Origin: Somniosus microcephalus
Lineage: Eukaryota
Assembly (NCBI GenBank): GCA_052327205.1
Contig: CM126203.1
Coordinates: 341,620,001-341,684,000 of the forward strand
Direction of reading: 5' to 3'
Length of the DNA: 64,000 nt
The translations under genes and the position numbers were made by a program. The notes beneath the pieces were generated by a model. The model saw only the letters and a list, made by a program, of their open reading frames with translations. It ran no database searches and was not told the origin of the DNA. Every line of letters begins with the position of its first letter. Within the stretch, counting starts at the first letter, position 1. This document shows positions 59,878 through 64,000 of the stretch, one piece after another.

Positions 59878-61045
59878 GGTTGATAAAGTGCCACATAATA
59901 GGCTTGCCAGCAAAGTTGAAGCCCATGGAATAAAAGGGACGAGTGGCAACATGGATACGAAATTGGCTAAGTGACAGGAAACAGAGAGTAATGGTGAACA
60001 GTTGTTTTTCGGACTGGAGGAAAGTATACAGTGGTGTTCCCCAGGGGTCGGTTCTAGGACCACTGCTTTTCTTGATATATATTAATGACTTGGACTTGGG
60101 AGTACAGGGCACAACTTCAAAATGTGCAGATGACACAAAACTTGGAAGTATAGCAAACAGTGAGAAGGATAGTGATAGACTTCAAGAAGACATAGATAGG
60201 CTGGTGAAATGGGTGGACACGTGGCAGATGAAATTTAATGCAGAAAAGTGCGAAGTGATACATTTTGGTAGGAAGAATGAAGAGAGGCAATATAAACTAA
60301 AGGGTACAATTCTAAAGTGGGTGCATGAACAGAGAGACCTGGGGGTGTATGTGCACAAATCGTTGAAAGTGGCAGGGCAGGTTGACAAAGTGGTTAAAAA
60401 AAGCATACGGGATCCTGGGCTTCATAAATAGAGGCATAGATTACAAAAGCAGGGAAGTTATGATGAACCGTTATAAAACACTGGTTTGGCCTCAACTGGA
60501 GCATTGTGTCCAATTCTGGCCACTGCACTTTAGGGAGGATGTGAAGGCCTTAGAGAGGGTGCAGAAAAGATTTACAAGAATGGTTCCATGGAAGGGGGAC
60601 TTCAGTTACGAGGATAGACTGGAGAAGCTGGGGTTGTTTTCATTAGAGCAGAGAAGGTTGAGAGGAGATTTGATAGAGGTGTTCAAAATCATGAGGGGTC
60701 TAGACAGAGTAGATAGAGAGAAACTGTTCCCATTGGCGGAAGGGTCGAGAGCCAGAGAGCACAGATTTAAGGTGTTTGGCAGAAGAACCAAAAGCAACAT
60801 GAGGAAATACTTTTTTACGCAGTGAGTGGTTCGGATCTGGAATGCACTGCCTGAAAGGGTGGTGGAGGCAGATTCAATTGTGGCTTTCAAAAGGGAATTA
60901 GATAAGTACCTGAAGGAAAAAAATTTGCAGGGCTACAGGGAAAGGGCGGGGGAGTGAGACTAGTTGAAGTGCTCTTGTAGAGAGCAGGCATGGGCTAGAC
61001 GGGCCGAATGGTCTCCTTCTGTGCTGTAACCATTCTATGATTCTA
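59878..61045 (+). mobile_element. CR1 ORF2 3' fragment with tail
   Basis: FDKVPH, PQGSVLGPLLF, ADD, KCEVIHFG, WNALP. Confidence 0.92.
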
Positions 61046-61126
61046 TCTATCTCAAGGGACGGGAAAGGTTGCCAGTAACTACATGTTCCAGTATTGAAGC
61101 ATTCTGTAATATTCATGGTATGTAGA

Positions 61127-61400
61127 ATCATAAAATCATACAACACAGACGGGGCCCATTCGGCCCATTGTGCCTGCTCTTTGAAAGAGCTTTCGAATTA
61201 GTCCCACTCCCCTGCTCTTTCCCCCATGGCCCTGCAATTTTCCCCTTTAAGTATTTATCCAATTCCCTTTTGAAAGTTACTATTGAATCTCCTTCCACCG
61301 CCCTTTCAGGCAGTGCATTCCAGATCAAAACAACTTGCTGTGTAAAAAACAATTCTCCTCATCTCCCCTCTGGTTCTTTTACCAATTATCTTAAATTTGT
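61127..61400 (-). mobile_element. CR1 3' tail fragment
   Basis: FFTQQVVLIWNALPE..FKRELDKYL plus tail. Confidence 0.8.
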
Positions 61401-63764
61401 ATTCTAAGATAACTCTTTTTGTCAAAAATATAGCCCATGTCTACATTTGCTACTGTTCCTTGAATCAAAATATAGCAACCCCCAAAATAGGTTCAAACAT
61501 TGGCGTGTTTCAGTTGAATTTTTCAAGCTTTAAAATCAAAACACAAATGGGGTCCCTCAGCTTCAGTTAAAAATCGTTCTTTTTTTCTAGGTCTGCTGAG
61601 GCTGCAGACAGACTCAGCAAATAATTCAGCAAAACTTACCAGACTGTTAGAGCTATTTACTAACAAGCAACAAAAATACATTGCTGGAGAAATGATGTTA
61701 AAATTGTTATTCTAACCATCACCGACTGAACTCGCCAACAGTGATATAAAACAGAAAACACAGCAGATCCCTCAGCATCGAAAAATAGAAAAGACAGGTA
61801 GAAATCCTCAGGATCACAGAATGATACAGCACTGAAGGAGGCCATTCGGCCCATGATGCCTGTGCCAGCTCTTTGAAAGAGCCGTCCAATTAGTCCCTGC
61901 TCTTTCCCTGTAGCCCTGAATTTTTTTCCTTTTTCAAATGTCTGTCATTTTTTGATCTTGTGCTCCTGGCAGGGAGTCCTGGCTACCAGGAGCACTTATT
62001 GGAAATTCAGATAGGCCCTGCCCATGATTAAAATCATTTAACCATTTAAAATAACAGTTGAAAAATTGTGAATTTCTGATATGCACTCGGTGAATGAGGA
62101 TTCCCAAAGAGGAACGAAGCAGAAGAATTACTCCTCCTTTATCAGAACTGAGGCTGTTTCTGTCCGTCTCATATCTGACGTAGGGTGGGGCGGGGGGATT
62201 GGGTGGGATGGGAGGAGAGAAGGTCAATTTTAACTTCTACTGCAGCCATAGCCTCAAAATGGGTTCGGTAGCCTTACAGCCCCGCCGACACCGAAAAAGA
62301 CCTTTTGAAAAAGGGCTTACCGCTGTGTGCCTGACGTGCCCGCCTGTCTCAGGCGGTAGGCCCCTTTTAATATACAAATTGGGCAGAACTGCTCCTCCGG
62401 GCCGTACAAAAACAGTATGGACCACTGCTGCCCTTGATCCCCACCCCCGCACGTACCTCGCTGGTGGCTGAAGCAGCCCGATATCGGTAGGCCTCAATCC
62501 GGTGAGTTGCATCGCGTCTCCGCCGCTCGCCGGCTCGATGTTAATGAGGCCGCTGCCTCAAAAATGGCGGCTGCCCTGTCGCCATGGCGATCGGCCCTCA
62601 TGCTCTGCCATTCGGTCGCCCAAGCGTCAAGATCGAGCTCAGGTTGCTTACTCAGAACACTAACCCATCTTTTCTCTTTACAGGTGCTGACAGACCTGCT
62701 GTGTACTTCTGGAATTTTATTTCCAGCATTTACAGATCTTTCTTATTAGTTCTAATTGTGATTTTATTTTTCCAGCATTGCCATTTTTATGGTCAACAAA
62801 GTCATGAACAATTAACCTCAAGTCGTTTGATTTAATTGACATCTACTTTGAAAAACATTCTTGTGCTGCAGAATCGAGGCATGTGATTCCTTCTGGAATT
62901 ATGCATTACATCAGTTTCCTTTTCCAGCTAAATTACATCATTCAGGCCCCATGATACTCGAGCATGCAGTTCTGCAAGATGCCTAATAGCTTTAACCTAG
63001 ATGTGACCAGGCTGTTGTGGAGCTCGTTTCACACAGAATGTTTCCGAAATGATTTTTCCAATACCTATTAGGCGGCACTAGAGATTTGTGTGTTAAGTTG
63101 ATATTCAGACATATTAGCCACACAAAAAAAAATCACGTCAGGGATTTTCCACTTCTGTGCTTGATTTTCCACTCATCAAAGGTTAAACTCGGAACCTGCA
63201 GGAAGAAAGCGGGACCTCGGCGGGCAAGTCCCGCGGGCGATTTAACTGCCCACCCACTCGGTTTCCACTAGGCGAGTAGGGCTAAAATCGTCTCTCTTAT
63301 TGTTGTGGGCCTAGGAGTTAGCAGGGCCCACAAAATAAACTCTGGCTCATTGCTGATGTATTGCAGACCCTCCCTGGGATCACCTCCCCGACTCAGACCG
63401 CACCCTTTGACCCCCACCACTCGCTGTCAGCATTTAAATGAAGCCCGAAGCCGAATTTGGCTCAGGCCTCAAGTTGGCAATGACCATCGTATGAAACCGT
63501 CCCTCCAATGACTTTGCACCCATTTTGGGCGCAAGTTGAGTTTCTTAGCCAATAATACTAGGCCACTCTATGGGCAGGAAGCCCTGTCCACTGGTAGTGC
63601 ATATTGGAAATTTGAGCATTAAGATTAACAGTTGGAAATTTGTGTATAACCTGCGGCCAAATTTCCAGAATACACAGCAATATAAAGTCCTGAAGGCAGC
63701 AAATTGAGAGTGCTGACCTCTGCACCTGAATCCCTGATATGCACTCCCATTGCATGAAGCTCTA

Positions 63765-64000
63765 CCCTTTATTGCAAGGGGGTTGGAGTATAAAAGCAGG
63801 GAAGTCCTGCTACAACTGTACAGGGCGTTGGTGAGACCACACCTGGAGTGCTGCGTACAGTTTTGGTCTCATTATTTAAGGAAGGATATACTTACATTGG
63901 AGGCAGTTCAGAGAAGGTTCACGAGGTTGATTCCTGAGATGAAGGGGTTGACTTATGAAGAAAGATTGAGCAGGCTGGGCCTATACTCATTGGAGTTTGG
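63765..64000 (+). mobile_element. CR1 fragment running off the window
   Basis: [30 protein letters not shown]. Confidence 0.88.

Overview
Eukaryotic, transposon-dense DNA, most likely from a cartilaginous fish (inferred from shark-type CR1/HER1-like LINE tails and SacSINE1/Deu-type SINEs). No host gene could be supported. The window holds five young Ty3/Gypsy LTR retrotransposons: two Mag-like with a tRNA-Ser PBS, one CsRn1-clade with a tRNA-Trp PBS, and two related elements with no tRNA PBS. It also holds three solo LTRs, a two-gene PIF/Harbinger transposon with several non-autonomous derivatives, Tigger-like MITEs, many CR1-clade LINE fragments, Deu-type SINEs and Penelope-type terminal repeats carrying minimal hammerhead ribozyme motifs. 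The main signal is in the two PBS-less Gypsy elements (6364-10417 and 38315-42720). Where the tRNA PBS should be, each has a 13-nt perfect reverse complement of the AATAAA-containing segment of its own LTR. The two elements show compensatory base changes and share a 7-nt bulge and a second helix. This points to tRNA-independent self-priming, possibly coupled to masking of the 5' LTR poly(A) signal. Coordinates were read by eye; the edges of degraded LINEs and SINEs are approximate.
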